Under the pieces are notes generated by a model. The model did not search any database, had not been told where the DNA came from, and worked only from the letters and a program-made list of their open reading frames with translations. A program made the position numbers and the translations under genes. A stretch of 64,000 bases of DNA from Gonapodya sp. JEL0774. Lineage: Eukaryota. Location of the stretch: contig JADIIX010000089.1 in assembly GCA_027604505.1 (NCBI GenBank), forward strand, positions 1 through 64,000, written 5' to 3'. Positions 1 to 12,805 of the stretch are shown here, piece by piece (positions within the stretch are counted from its first letter, which is position 1; every line of letters starts with the position of its first letter).

Positions 1-1846
1 CCTTCACCACACCCAGATTGACATACAAGCCTTTTCCCAACACTCCTTAGATTCCTGAGAACATCCAAACTTGACATTGTCTCCTAGCAAGGTGGGGCAT
101 TCTGGATCTCTTCCACCATAAACATTAATTGCACCTGAGCAACCAAGTCCAAGTTCCTGTAGAAACTGAGTAATCCTTTTAAGGATAAAGAGAGAATCCA
201 GCACTCTGCCCCTGTACAGGTTTTGCCACCATAGCTCAACAGGTTATGAGCCTGGCGTCCCAATGCGTCTAGGAGCATTTTGAGAAGCTGAAGAGAAGGA
301 GATTGTGGATCTGGGCGAAATTGGACATTGGCTCTTTCACTATTGAGTTCACACTACATCCCCATAGTCAAACATATCTGACACCATCCGTATCACATCT
401 GACGGCTTTAAAAAGGCTGTGGGCGTTCTTGACTATGCCGTGAAGTTCCGAAAGTGGAAGAAACGGGAGGAAGTGGCATTTCTGGCGTTGGAGGTGATGC
501 GAATTGTGGATGGGACAGAAACCTGCCCAACCAAAACCAGCAACAAGAAAACGCTCTCAGAGCAAAAGGACCATCTCATTCATGCTGTTCAATATTCCGA
601 AATGTTTCAATGACTTCACAAACTCATCTCCAAGATTGACCTCAGTATGGCAGCCCTCATTGACAATAAAATTGAGGAGAGTGCGTTGTAACTTGAACTG
701 GCGGTCGACAAAGTGAACTGTAGTGGCCTTGAACCTGTACTTCATGCCTGGACTGGTCCATTTGTCAGTTGTACAAGCACACGGTGATACCTCATTCTGA
801 AAAAGAAGATAGACTGACAGAGAGACTCTCAAGTGGTTTTGTTGTACTCACCTGGAAGTAATCTTTTCTGATTGGAACACATTGATCAAACTCCTTCTCC
901 AGGTCCAACCAAATTTTCAAATCCGAGATCCCACAGACATCAGGGTTTGGTACTCTCAGGAGTCTCTGGAAAAATTCTCCTTCAACATCGGTGAAAGGAT
1001 GGCCTCGAGTCACTATCCAGTCGACAAGCGCAGCTCAGAGGTTGCCCTCATGAAAAGCCTGCATGAACGTAAGAGAAATATTATTTTCAGTGACAATAGT
1101 CAGAATGCAGACTTACAAATTGCTTTCTTTTCAACATGTCATCCAGAGTGAGCTGACAGCAACCATGCCATACATTTCCAAGTGCTTTCGCACAGTACTT
1201 TGGTCACGGGATTAAATGACTGTGATATTGAAGAACGTGCTCAATGAGATGTGTTGAAGCGCTATTTTTGGTGATGTTGTATGGGCTCATGATCAAGATG
1301 ATCGTATGGAGACTGTGAATTCAGTGGTTGGCAAACAAGAAAGTACAACAAAAGCGAACCGGACCTGTGATTCCAATCACGCAAACAAACGGCTCTACGC
1401 TCCCGTTCCTTGAATTGCATCTGGAAGTGACCTTCGGTGTACACAAACAACCAAGACTTCTTGCCACTGTCATACCAACCCTCCTCATCAGCAATCTCAT
1501 CTGCCTCGGGGTCCTCTTCAGAGTCTTTGCTGGCTGAGTCAAGTGGGTCTCTTCTGCTTTGTTCATGGTCTGGACGTGCTGGATGGATATGCAGTTTTGT
1601 TTTACTTTGTATACAACAATTTTTGTTTCACACGTAACATGTGGTGCCCTGTGGCAGGCTGGGCCGAGGTGGCACGTGACAAAAGAAAAGGCAGAAAAAA
1701 ATGTGAGTTGAAACAAGCTGCTCAAAACTCGCAACTTAAACTTGTACTCAACTCGCATTTTCAAAGTCCCACTCAAACTCGTAGTTTACAAGTTGAGCAA
1801 GCAAGCACGAGTTTAGCCGCTTGCTCGTTAATAGCATGAGTCTCTG
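1..1846 (-). mobile_element. Decayed hAT (Ac-like) DNA transposon, 5' part; runs off the window start
   Basis: Minus-strand fragments read TTDKWTSPGMKYRFKATTVHFVDRQFKLQRTLLNF...GCHTEVNL (557-832; hAT first catalytic D, TTDxWTS..HF.D motif), PFTDVEGEFFQRLL (792-1013), GRQAHNL (CxAH-like, ~250) and a BED-finger-like segment (1262-1450). The frames are broken. AACTCG-type subterminal repeats at 1726-1800 end in a CAGAG... terminus at 1846. Confidence 0.8.
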
Positions 1847-2750
1847 TCATTGTCTCCAACATGAACTGAATGATTGTCAAGAATGAGGGATGTCCTTCTC
1901 TGTGCAACTTAGTATAGTGCACTGCTGGTGCACTCATAGGCTGTCATACAAATATATACTACACATGATGCACATACATACAACACCACATGTATCCAAC
2001 AATCATTCCAGATCTTGTTAGCCTTATACCCCTCAGGGCCTTCAAAGTGCCCAGTATGTAATGTCTTTGATTATTGTGCATGTTAGAAGTTGCAGTGTGC
2101 AGCGACAGTGCCAGTATGTAACTGGATGATTCTAATTTTATCCAATCTCCTAATCTAAATGAAGCAATCAGAATTGGTCCAGGCTCATAACCTGTCGGAA
2201 TACAGGCCAATGTCCTCAGACAAACAGGTGGCTCCAGAGTTGTTAGGACAGGATGACCTTTGTCTGTGCACAACTTGATGTATTGTGTTGTGGTATTGAT
2301 ACCTTGCACATGACCACAGCCTACACATGTATATAAGGCAGAACTAGCACCACATAATAAGATCACACTTCACATCATCTCATACTCCAGGCCTATCACT
2401 AGGCCACCATCCCATCGTAGAGGGCTGAGACTGATACGTAGTGACAGCCCCACTACAATTGCATGTGCCATCACTCATCTATGTGCAGACGGCTAATCTA
2501 GTTTAAACTTATGGTACACATATCGTACACAATGTCCAAACATATAACAACACTCCCCCTGATCATGAACATCGTGATCCACTCTAATTTGGGACACTCC
2601 CATTTGTGCTCTATGTCATTTAAATGAGGGCTTAGGAAGTGACTTCATAAGTACATCTGAGGTATTCTGATTCATAGGAATATGAACCAGGCAAAGAGTA
2701 TTCTTTTTGATCTTGTACAGACAAAGAAATACTTGATCAGGAGATCCCAA
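1847..2750 (-). mobile_element. Ty1/copia LTR retrotransposon remnant: RNase H C-terminus, polypurine tract and start of the 3' LTR
   Basis: The minus strand at 2560-2745 reads ...KIKKNTLCLVHIPMNQNTSDVLMKSLPKPSFK*HRAQMGV, resembling the copia RNase H end (ADxxTKxL-like). It is followed by PPT AGGGGGAG (2560-2553) and then TGTTG (LTR start at 2552). The lower LTR boundary is uncertain. Confidence 0.75.
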
Positions 2751-2760
2751 CTCCTCTCTA

Positions 2761-4010
2761 TCAGTCTCCCTCATTACCACCCAAAGATGTGTAGACTACT
2801 CTACATGAGGGGCAAATTTGGAGGTCATCTTTACAGTAAACTTATCATCCAGAGGATATTTTTGCAATAGAGCCAATGATCTGGTGAAACACTTTACAAA
2901 TTACCACCACAGATTTACACTCACTTGAGAGACAAACTGAGCATACATAACCAACCTCCACCATTCTTTGATGACAGAAACATGCTGCTCGGAAGTCTAT
3001 GTCACTTTGTTTTGGGGGATTAATGAGTTCCCGAAGGCTGTTTCCAGCAAGGTAAACGGACTTTGTTGTAAATAACATGATAACATCCATTCAATCATCT
3101 GGGACTTAAGGTAGCATATCTCAATACTGTGGACTCACCATCATGGAAGAATGCAACATCATGTCACCATGGGCAAGCAAGTAATATCCACTTGTGAGGT
3201 GTGAGGCTTGTTGAAGGAAAATAGAATCCACATGAACCCTGCAGACATCCATGGGAATTTGCTACAAGAACAGAATCAGCAAACAACCCATTCTAAAGCT
3301 AAACCCAGAATGAACTCAACCAATTTCTGAGCTGTGAAAATGCAGTTCATCACTTGGATATATTGAGATGACAAATCGTCAGATACAGACAGCAAAAGGA
3401 TTCTTGGCTGCAACTCGTGCCTGGCTTTCATCTTTTGAGCAAAGCAAAGGCACAGGGATAGTGCACCAGCAACGTGAGATTTGTCATGAGCATTCCTCCC
3501 TGTCAGCAGGGAGATGGTAAACATTACAGGTTCTCAGAAGGAGATACTAATTCATTATTAACCAGTCCCATCGTCCTCCTGCAACATCCCACGTTCCATA
3601 ATTTCGTTCAGTCGAAGCATCAGAGCGTTCTTCACGGAGGAAAACTTGTGATATGCGTGGGGAGACTTCGATTGCGACGTCGGGGCAGGGTAGAGGAATT
3701 CGCTGCCACGGCGGGTGTAACAGTAGAGTCCACCGACGTGCCAAAAACAAGACACACGAAAGGCGAGCTACCTTCCGTTTCCGTGGGATGCGACTACCGC
3801 TACTTGGTTCTCGTTCTTTCCAGCAAGAAACGCATTCACGAAAGCGAAGAGAGAATCCAAAATCGTTCCGAAACGAAAGCCCGAAGGTAAGGCTGCCCAA
3901 GAACGAGCATTGCAGTCAATGACAAGCAGTAGAAGCTCGCTGATCCGGGTTGTGAGCTCAATACCATAAGCCTTCCCGAACCGAATACGATAGTGCCCTC
4001 ACGAGTTCAT
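2761..4010 (-). CDS. TFB4: TFIIH subunit Tfb4/p34 (spliced)
   Basis: Exons give ELLLLVIDCN..W, FVNAFLAGKNENQVAVVASH, VAGALSLCLC, ILLLSVSDDLSSQYIQVMNCIFTAQK, DFRAACFCHQRMVEVGYVCSVCLS and YC..QICPSC*. Confidence 0.92.
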
Positions 4011-4195
4011 TCGAGGTGAGAAGCAGACAACTGCTTCGATTCGTCCCTAAAAGAGAAGACCTGGAACCCCCGCAAATAGAGTTTGATGAAAAGTCTGGAA
4101 AGGCCTGTGAAGTCACATTTGAAATGGCACGCCACCAGAAGGTCGGCTTGCCCACTCCCAACTGGAAAAACACAGATTCATCCCTCCAAACAACC

Positions 4196-5021
4196 ATGCC
4201 CGCTTACCATTCGTCATTTCAGGACACGGAGTACCGTTCTATCGGAAATCTCGCATTACTACCAATCAAAACAAAAAGTCGTGGACCGGCTCCGACTCAA
4301 GGTTGAAACACGTCCCAGTTGTTCAACCATGATATGTATTCTGCTCACTGTGGATTCTCTGATGGATACAGGAGACCCGAATGCTGATGATATAATTGAT
4401 GAAGCGCTTAATCTGTTTCGTGCAAACTGTCTGTTCAGGGTGAGTTCAGGTTTGCCCTCCAAGTCTACATGGCTTGTTTCTCAAAGGTGGCGTCGCTCCA
4501 GAACTTCGAAGTCAAAGGTTCTGGCGACCGCGTTTTGATATATCTTACGTACGAGCTCCGCTTTTTTTGGGGGGGAGATGTGATGGGTACTTGCTCAAAG
4601 CACCGCCAACATCAGAATCTTCATTGGCGAATGTCTCACAAAGCTCGCAACCAAAACACCGACTCCCAGTCTTCAAGAAGCTCTGAAGATCTTGAACGCT
4701 CATGCACTGCAATCTTTTTCTCTTCCAGGCGACCCGAGCTTTCCAGTTAATGCCTTCATGGCGAGGCCGTCGAACTCAACGGAAGCAGGTTTGTCTTGTC
4801 ATAGTTCGTCCAACACTGTCATCTAAATTATAATGCATTTGTCCGCGGGGATTATCACAGACAACATGAGAGCATATCTGGCTCAACTACGACAGGAAAT
4901 GGCTCTCCGCCTACCTCAACGGATCTACGAAGGTGACAAACCGAGCAAGTGGTGGCTAGCGTTCAGTAAACGCAAATTTATGAATATCACCAAGGTAATT
5001 GTACACTCGGATGTTATATAA
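4196..5021 (+). CDS. ARPC3: Arp2/3 complex subunit 3 (Arc18/p21), spliced; last codons uncertain
   Basis: MPAYHSSF...[72 protein letters not shown]. Confidence 0.95.
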
Positions 5022-5092
5022 TATGGTTGGAGGAGGTCAGAAAATTGATTGATTTGGTTGCGAATACACTCTATTCACACAGCCATTGTAAT

Positions 5093-7343
5093 CTACTGAA
5101 TAACGTACTCCAAGGGTTCAAAGCTAATATCTTTGCTGTATGGAACATCTGATCCATCGTCGACATTGGAGACGGATGTCACCTGTGTAATTTTAAAGTT
5201 TGATGAGAAGTTTATATGAAAACGGTTCGCACACACAGGAAAAAGGCTATACCTCGACATCGCAGTAGGACCGATTGCAGCCGAAAGAAACTTTAATTGG
5301 GAAGAAAGAGTTGACGTCCTCCCCTGGGACGCTGAACTCCATACTTCCTGTCTTGGAGCTGGCATCAACAATGGGAATCTGCGTTTGAGCCGAACCAGAA
5401 ATAACACTGGTATCTAACAGCTTCAGGCGAACCTAACGTCCTCATGTCTCACCTGCCAATCAATCACTCTTCGAGATTTGTCCACCGAGTATTGTCCATC
5501 TACTTCACCAATTGTTGGAACACCCCCAGAGCTGTACAGGAGACAAATGCCATTGAGCTTCGATTTGCTTTGTGACACTGAAAGGATCCGACTAAAGTTC
5601 TCACGGATATGGTATTGAAATGGATACGTCTCGAAGTTCCAGTCGGGAGTTCATGAGTTCATATTCTATGCTGACCTCGGATGTACCATCGCCGGTGGGG
5701 CTCGGCCAACAGTTGACTTGCAGAAACGGACGTTGCGTGTGTAAACCTTGATAATCAGGATCTAGTTTGCAAAGCGGTATGACATACCTGAGAGCGGAAG
5801 AGCGTCTTCGCTCTTGGAGGAAAAGCGGTATCGAAGAATACCGAGAGCCTGGTTAATGGGGAAAGGCTTGGATGGATCTTTCAGCGCGAGAACGTTGCTT
5901 GATGAGAAAAGGTTCTTGTCGACTTGAGGGTGGGTCTGCGCACAGTTCGCCCACACAATATGGGGTGTTACATGCATTGTATGAAATGGCGAAAGGAGAC
6001 AATTGAGGCAAAGTTTGGCTTGGTTACGTGGCTGAACCCAAAAGCGACCCACGTTAAATTTAACATCTTCGACTCCGCTTCGCATCTGCAGACGCAATCG
6101 GGACCTCGCCGGATCCGAGACCCGCAAGGTGACGTCGCCCTTGACTTCGAGAGAATCCAGTTTATCCCGTTTCATGATGGCAGAGATCTTCTCGTCGATA
6201 ACAATGTGAACACTGTTTGCACGGCCGGCATAACAGTGGATGGCACCAGTGAGATTGGATGAAATGAACCTAAAAACCATTATCTCACCTCTCCTGGGAG
6301 ACGGTCGAAGATGCGGCAGCACGGTTTGCACGTGCTGGTGCCTCTGATGGAACTTCCTGAAGACCCTCTTCTGCCCTGAGTGTCTCAAGCAACTGAGAGG
6401 CTTGTGGTTTCCGTCCCAGTTGCATTCCCTTTGAGGGAGGTCTCGGTCTATGCGAAATAGAGATGACATACCACCCAACGTGGTCGTTGCGTTGAGATTA
6501 ATTGAGGGAACCCTCTCAGCATCAAGACCACCAAAACACCCACTGTTGGTAAGAAGGCATAGAAGATGAGGAAAGCACCTGCGGAGGCTCGGAGGTTGTT
6601 CTGCCAGATGACGATCCTCCCCCGAACCCTGAACCGAAAGAGCCCATGCCCATGCTCCCCATCCCGCCCATATTCCCCATGCCCCCCATACCCCCGCTCA
6701 TTCCACTCTTCCCGGATTGTTTTCGTTGGATTTCCATGGCGCGGACCTTCCTATTCAGCTCCTCCTTGGCTTCCTTCTCCTTGTTCCTCTGAATCTCAGC
6801 CGCAATCTTCTCCTCGTGGCTCTCCATCTCACTTATGGTGCGAATCTGTGCGAGTGTTACATTTTCTCGGTATCCAAGAGATACAATCTCGTCGAAGACC
6901 GATAGAAGTTCGTACGCTTTGCTGACAATCTCCTTCTCCTCGATAGTGCGGCACGTTTCAGAGAGGGTTCGTGCAAGAAGATGGAGAGTGTCAATATCCT
7001 GCAGAATATTACTGGATTTGTTGGTGACAAGGATGCAAAAAAGCTCTTCCAGGGGCTGGTAGACATATCGAACCGAGTCCGTCTCCACAAATGTGTGCTG
7101 GTCACCAGTGCCGATGAGCTTTGGGAAGGAGGCAAGCAGACCCTCGATTCGAGAGCGAGGCATCTCGACAAACTGTCGAGAAACAAGCGCTATAGATGAT
7201 AGTGATTAAATTGGAGCAGTTGAAGCAGGTCACGGCAAAATAAGGCGGTTGGCATTGGTGAATGAGCCCATGAAACAGGCCAGTGAGAAAGGAAACGCAC
7301 CCTTCCCATTCTTTGTAATAACGCTGGCAGCCAGCACAACCAT
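5093..7343 (-). CDS. RET2: Coatomer delta subunit (spliced)
   Basis: MVVLAASVITKNGK, MPRSRIEGLLASFPKL, VRYVYQP, SNILQDIDTLHL, EMESHEEKI, and a mu-homology part THPQVDK..LALKDPSKPFP. Confidence 0.95.
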
Positions 7344-7471
7344 CGTTGGCAAAGCTTGGTGGGGTGGAGAACTGTGACTGTCTTATGCAGTGGGGCCTGG
7401 GCGGGAGAGGATCGGTGACCAAAGCAGGAGCGTATGAACTCCACAAATAACTTACACTGACTGAAGAGAAG

Positions 7472-9620
7472 ATGGCGCCTGGCACTTTCCCCTCAGGCGG
7501 AGACGACGTATCCGCAATAATTTTTGGTGTGTGTTGCCATATCTGAGTCACTGAATGTGCTGCTGAAGAGTTTTTACATGCCGCGCACTTTCATTACGAT
7601 CGTATTTGTTCATCTTTGCATAACCTCAGATGCTGGAAGCTCGTGGACGCGCGCGGGATGGTCGGGGGAGGACATGCCCAGATCCGTCTTCTCCAGCAGT
7701 GTTGGCGTCGGGTCTGACCAACCTCCCGGCCCTCCTCACAACTGGTTCTCGAACTCGGACGACATGCTGATCGATGGGGCGTTTTCGCGGAGGCGTCCAA
7801 AAGATCTCAAGTATGCTGTCGGTGATTTGGCTACTTCCTCGTGGAAACCAAATCAGGAGATTGTGAATCCTTTCAAGGAGGGGTTGGGTGAGTAATTGAC
7901 TAGGCACTTTCCTTCCTCCTGACTTCTCCGTCAGCACGATTGGTAGCGATATACACCCATTTGCAACAGGCGGCATGTCTCCAAACGGAATTGATACGTT
8001 GCACGATATTGTGGGACAGACGAACATCTCGGCCCTGGGCAGTTTGGTGGAGGAACCTCATTCTCAGCAATCCTAGTGATATCTAGTCCGCATACAGTGT
8101 CTGAACATACCAATCGTTTGCGTGGCATCGAGGTATAATCGCAGCCACAAGCAACGCCGGAAACTCGTTGAATCTCGTGCTCCCAATTGCAACTGACATT
8201 CTGGTTCATGTCCGCTCTGTCGCAGTGAACGACTGGGATGCCTATGAACAACTCATTGACCATGCCCTTTACGACCTCCTTCGAGCCAACCCCGCCGAAC
8301 ACCCTCTTCTATTTTCCGAGCCCGTTTGGAACACCAGGGACCTAAGGGAGAAAGTGACCGAACTCATGTTCGAAGCAGTGCGTTGATCGGGTCTGAGCGG
8401 TTACCACCATTGGCCAGGAAATCACTCTTTATCACTCTCGTGGTACCATTCGAATCTCACACAATATTCTTGATGAAGTACAACGTTCCAGCGTTCTTCC
8501 TCGTTAAAGACGCAGTTCTCACAGCCTTTGCGCATGGCAAGACAACCGCACTTGTTGTCAACTCGGGAGCAACAACCACAAACGTGGTCCCCGTATACGA
8601 AGGATACGCAATCAAGAAAGGTGTGTTTGTTGTTTCCTAATATACACATGACATACAGACATACATATACCACAATGGAGCATTGTTCATTCTGCAGCAT
8701 TGACCAAGCAGCCTATCGGTGGGGATTTCCTCTCTCATCAGGGCCGCTTACTTCTCCAAGAACGTTTCCACATTCAAATGACCCCTCAGTACCTTGTAAA
8801 GCGAAAGGCATTCGTCGATCCAGGGAAGCAACCCGAACCCATTTTGCACGAGCGATCAAAGACATCCAACAGCTTTCACAGATATCACGTCCTGGTGAGC
8901 TGGAGCTTAGGTGCCTCTCCACGCATCTCGCCTTGAGTGTTCTTCTGTAAACCACTCTAGCGAACAGTAAACGACTGGAAGGAAACCGTTTGTCAAGTCT
9001 CAGAGGTGCCATTCCAGGAAGAGATTCTGAGCGGACGACCCTCAAAATCATACGAATTCCCGGACGGGTACAACAACGCATTCGGTGTTGACCGGTTCCG
9101 AATCCCAGAGATTGTATTTGACCCAAAACTTGCATTTCCGGTAAGAACCTGTTATATTTCAGGGTTTTATCCATCTGGACCGCTCACCTCGTTCCTTAGG
9201 ACCCCGAGAATCCTCTCCCTGCGGACGCTGTTGGCATACAAACTTTGGTACAATCATCTGTTCAAGCTTGTGATCCTGATATGCGAGCTGCTATGTACAG
9301 TTCCATCTTGCTCACTGGTGGGAACACTTGCTTTCATGGGTTCCCTGACCGCTTGAGCAATGAGCTCACACGGATAGCCCCAGGAGTAAGTGTATGACTA
9401 TGGAAGAGTTCCGATTGTTATGTCGGGATTAAGTGTGGTATTATACCTTTCGTAGCCTAAGGTCCGGGTACAGGCTGCAGGCTCCAATGCGGAGCGGCGG
9501 TTTAGCCCATGGATAGGAGGTTCCATCTTATCGTCACTGGGAACTTTCCACCAACTTTGGATCTCGAAACAGGAGTATGACGAAAATGGAAAACAGTTTG
9601 TGGAAAAGCGATGCCAATAG
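7472..9620 (+). CDS. ARP4: Actin-related protein 4 (ACTL6/BAF53-like), spliced
   Basis: [93 protein letters not shown]. Confidence 0.93.
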
Positions 9621-9653
9621 TGATACGACTTGTACATAGATTTGCCTCACGGT

Positions 9654-12600
9654 CTACGAAAATGCTATGAGTTTAATTGCCTTTAATAGTTGACCAACGG
9701 TTCTTGTGAAAAGAGGAGAGCTAGCATCTATTCGTGTATGATTATCGTCCGTTGTAATCCCCTTTAGTAAATGGTAGACTGAACAGTGGACCTGCAACAT
9801 TGTTGTCAGGTCAGCTCAATGGTTGGGCTTCCGGGAAGAGAGAAGACTCACCTGGCCTTCCTTGATCGCAAACTTTATATCATCCGCCAATCTGTCTTTC
9901 GGTGAGGCAAACGCAATTGTGAGCTCCTGTCCATCGTCGACTTTGTATGAAGCGTCCACCACAATGTGATTCCACGGAACCTAGGAGACTCCCCACGTTT
10001 ACGCGAGTACAACGTAGGAAGGAACGTTTCATATATAATACCTCGATTGCCTTAGGAAGCTCTGGCAGTTGAGCTTCTCCACTTGACCCTTCACTCCCAG
10101 ATACCGGATCGCTCGATACTACCCCAGTCTCACCCTTCGTATCGGCCTGGCGGCCGGCAGACTTTGCGGCACTATCGCGATCTGGGCTGGAAGCTCTCGA
10201 CTTAGTTTTGCCGTCTTTGCTCACGTCACCTTTTGATTTGTTTTTGGAAATAGAGGCAGTGGATTTTGCCAGAGTTGGAGTGGATTTTCTTGACACCCCT
10301 TCCGGTGCTTGTTCTGGAGAAGCCATTTGCAATTGGAAATCGGGCATTTCAGCAGGTGCGGGGATGTCTGCCATGACCGGTATCCCTTGAGAGTTTAATT
10401 GTCGAAACTGGATGGCGCATCGGTTCACAGATAAAGAGCTGTTGTCCGGTGACCGGCGGAATTCATACGCTGGGCAACAAATGCTGATCCCAGAAGCCAT
10501 GATATCCTCCCCAATAGGGTTCTTGGGTGTGTCTATTGTTAGAATATTGCCGCATCAAGCAAAGAACGGGCCACTCACCTTCAACTTTAATACGTCCAAA
10601 TCCACTCCCTTCATTGTTCTGGGACCGATAAAAGCTAATCCCAGTCGAGACATTTTGTGCAAAAGAATGGAAGGTTGAAACCACGCTTCATTATCTAGTC
10701 CTGCTAGCTCAGCCCGCCCACTGCGGATTATACGAGGCTTAAGCAACCTGCATTCTCCTTCTCCGATTTCGATCTCGATTTCATTAAAGCGACCTCGAAC
10801 TGTGAGGATTGCATGGTTTGCACTCGCGGTTGGTCGAATCTGCCAGTCTTCCAACGGATACTCGAGGAACGCGTCCTGTCTCCATCGCGATTAATGCATG
10901 GCTTAAATAGCGAGACAGACAATTGTTTGCGTCGCGCTCACCTGAACGACGGCAGTCGGTTTGAAATTTGTTGTTCGAAACTTAACGATACCGCTTTCCA
11001 GCTCAATATCCGTTTGCTCAATGCCATCTTCCCGCCATTTTCGAGCGCTGTCGTCCCACCACATGACTTTCGCCTTGTCTTTGGAGACAAAGCACGAGGC
11101 CGGAATACGGAAGCTCAAAGATATTGCCCACTGTCCCGCAGTCACCCCTTCATCTCCGTTTTGAGAGTCTTCCACTACTTCCGTTGGGGAACGCTTGAAA
11201 GGATAAGAGACCCGACGGAGAGTTCCACTGGCGGAAAGGACTGGTTTCATGTGATTAGAGAAGACCTAATGCAGAACTGCACCTCCATACTTTGCCTGAC
11301 AGTCCAGTTATTGACGACATGAGGACTGTCGGGGAGTTCCACTAGATCCAAATTCAATACACCGCCAATCACCGACCAGTGCTGACCGGGGCTTTGGTAC
11401 AGATCATACATAGGGGCGACAGTGCCACTGGTCTCATGGAGGAAGCGAATTGCGAGATTAGAAAGAATAATGGGTTTCGGGAGAGTTGCAGAGATTGAAA
11501 GCTCAGAAAAGTCAAGAGTCTTGTGTCTAAACTTGAGGATATTTGTGAAGACACGTGACCACCCCGGTAAATCGCATTTGCGCTGGCGCACCGGGGATTG
11601 CGAGTGAGGTTACTCCAAATGGCTAACTTGTAGCCTTTTGTGACGTTCGTCAAGTGAAAATTCTCATTAGGACCCTGGCCTGGAGAGAACAAATCCATAT
11701 GCTGGTTGTTCAAAACCAAAATCTGTCAAGACAAGGTGCATCGGCATTTAATCGTTAGGGGTGAAGCCTACCTGTAATACGTGTGCTGTTATAAGCTCCC
11801 ACTTTCTGTTGGGCTCCTTCCTCGTGGACCATAAGTGGTCTAGGAGACGGTCAACCTGTTTTTCATTTCCAAGATCCAGTGCCATAGAAATTTCATTTTC
11901 AAGCACTGAGCACAGCTCTTCAATTTCTCCGAGCCTGTCGGTAACTGAGTGCAAGTTGGTCTTCTCGCCACACACAACAGGCTCTTCTCTGTAATGGGAA
12001 AGGTACGTGTTCATCTCACGATCCGACGCAGGGTTAGGCAAATGACTGCAATCTTGAAAGCTTTGCCACTACATTTACGAAACGGTTAGAGCTCGATAAC
12101 TTTACATGTGCGCTTTGAGACATCCCCACCTCGGCTTTTGCGCGGATACTGTTCTCGAGAGAAGTGAGTTCGGCAGTTTTCGTATCGAGAATTCGTTTGA
12201 TCTCCTGTGACTCCGCTTCAAAAGTGGCTTGTTCCTACAAGAAATGCCAGTCAGAAGATGCTCGGAGGGGAAGGTGGCAGGGGACACGAACCCCAGCAAA
12301 GAGCTTCCGAATGTCCTGTCGCTCTTTCAATTCAAACAAATCTCTGAGGCGCCGAACTTCCGCCTCGCGTGCTATTCATCAGTCATATAAGTATGCGTGA
12401 TGCAAAAAGCTTCTTCAAATGGTCTTTCCTAACCTTGTCGAGCTTCAAAGCCGAGCCGGTATGTTGGAACCATCGGATAGGAATTGGTACAGCAAATAAC
12501 CCACCATCTTCTTCTCGCTTCCTTTGTTCCTCGAGCTCTCTTGCTGTTTCAAGTTCGACGTATTATGAGCGCCGCACGGAAGCCTATGGTGAGTTCTGGG

Positions 12601-12674
12601 GACAGGCACAACAACTGCACACCTTTCTCCGCTGCAGACTGCTTTTTCGGCTTTTTGTCCACCTTGGGGGGCAT
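9654..12674 (-). CDS. CASC1/DNAI7 (CFAP94)-like axonemal dynein-associated protein, spliced
   Basis: Lys-rich start MPPKVDKKPKK, a coiled coil, WQSFQDCSHLPNPASDREMNTYLS (Casc1 N-terminal-like), AIWSNLTRNPR, VMWWDDSARKWREDGI, FQSWQIRP, and a C-terminus TVGQLLKAIKLIAFS*. Confidence 0.8.
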
Positions 12675-12805
12675 AGCGCAAAGCACGAAGTGGTTGTTAT
12701 GGTTGGTGCCAGTGGTGGGGTTTTACCATACCACCGGATGTCACATTGGTGAATCTGTTGCAGGCCGGTGAAGCCGGTTATATACATAATATATTAGTTA
12801 GCGCG

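Noticed and set aside
419..1151. Plus-strand ORFs 419-613 and 882-1151 as a decayed gene
   Set aside because: They are antisense shadows of the hAT transposase, whose motifs are clear on the minus strand.
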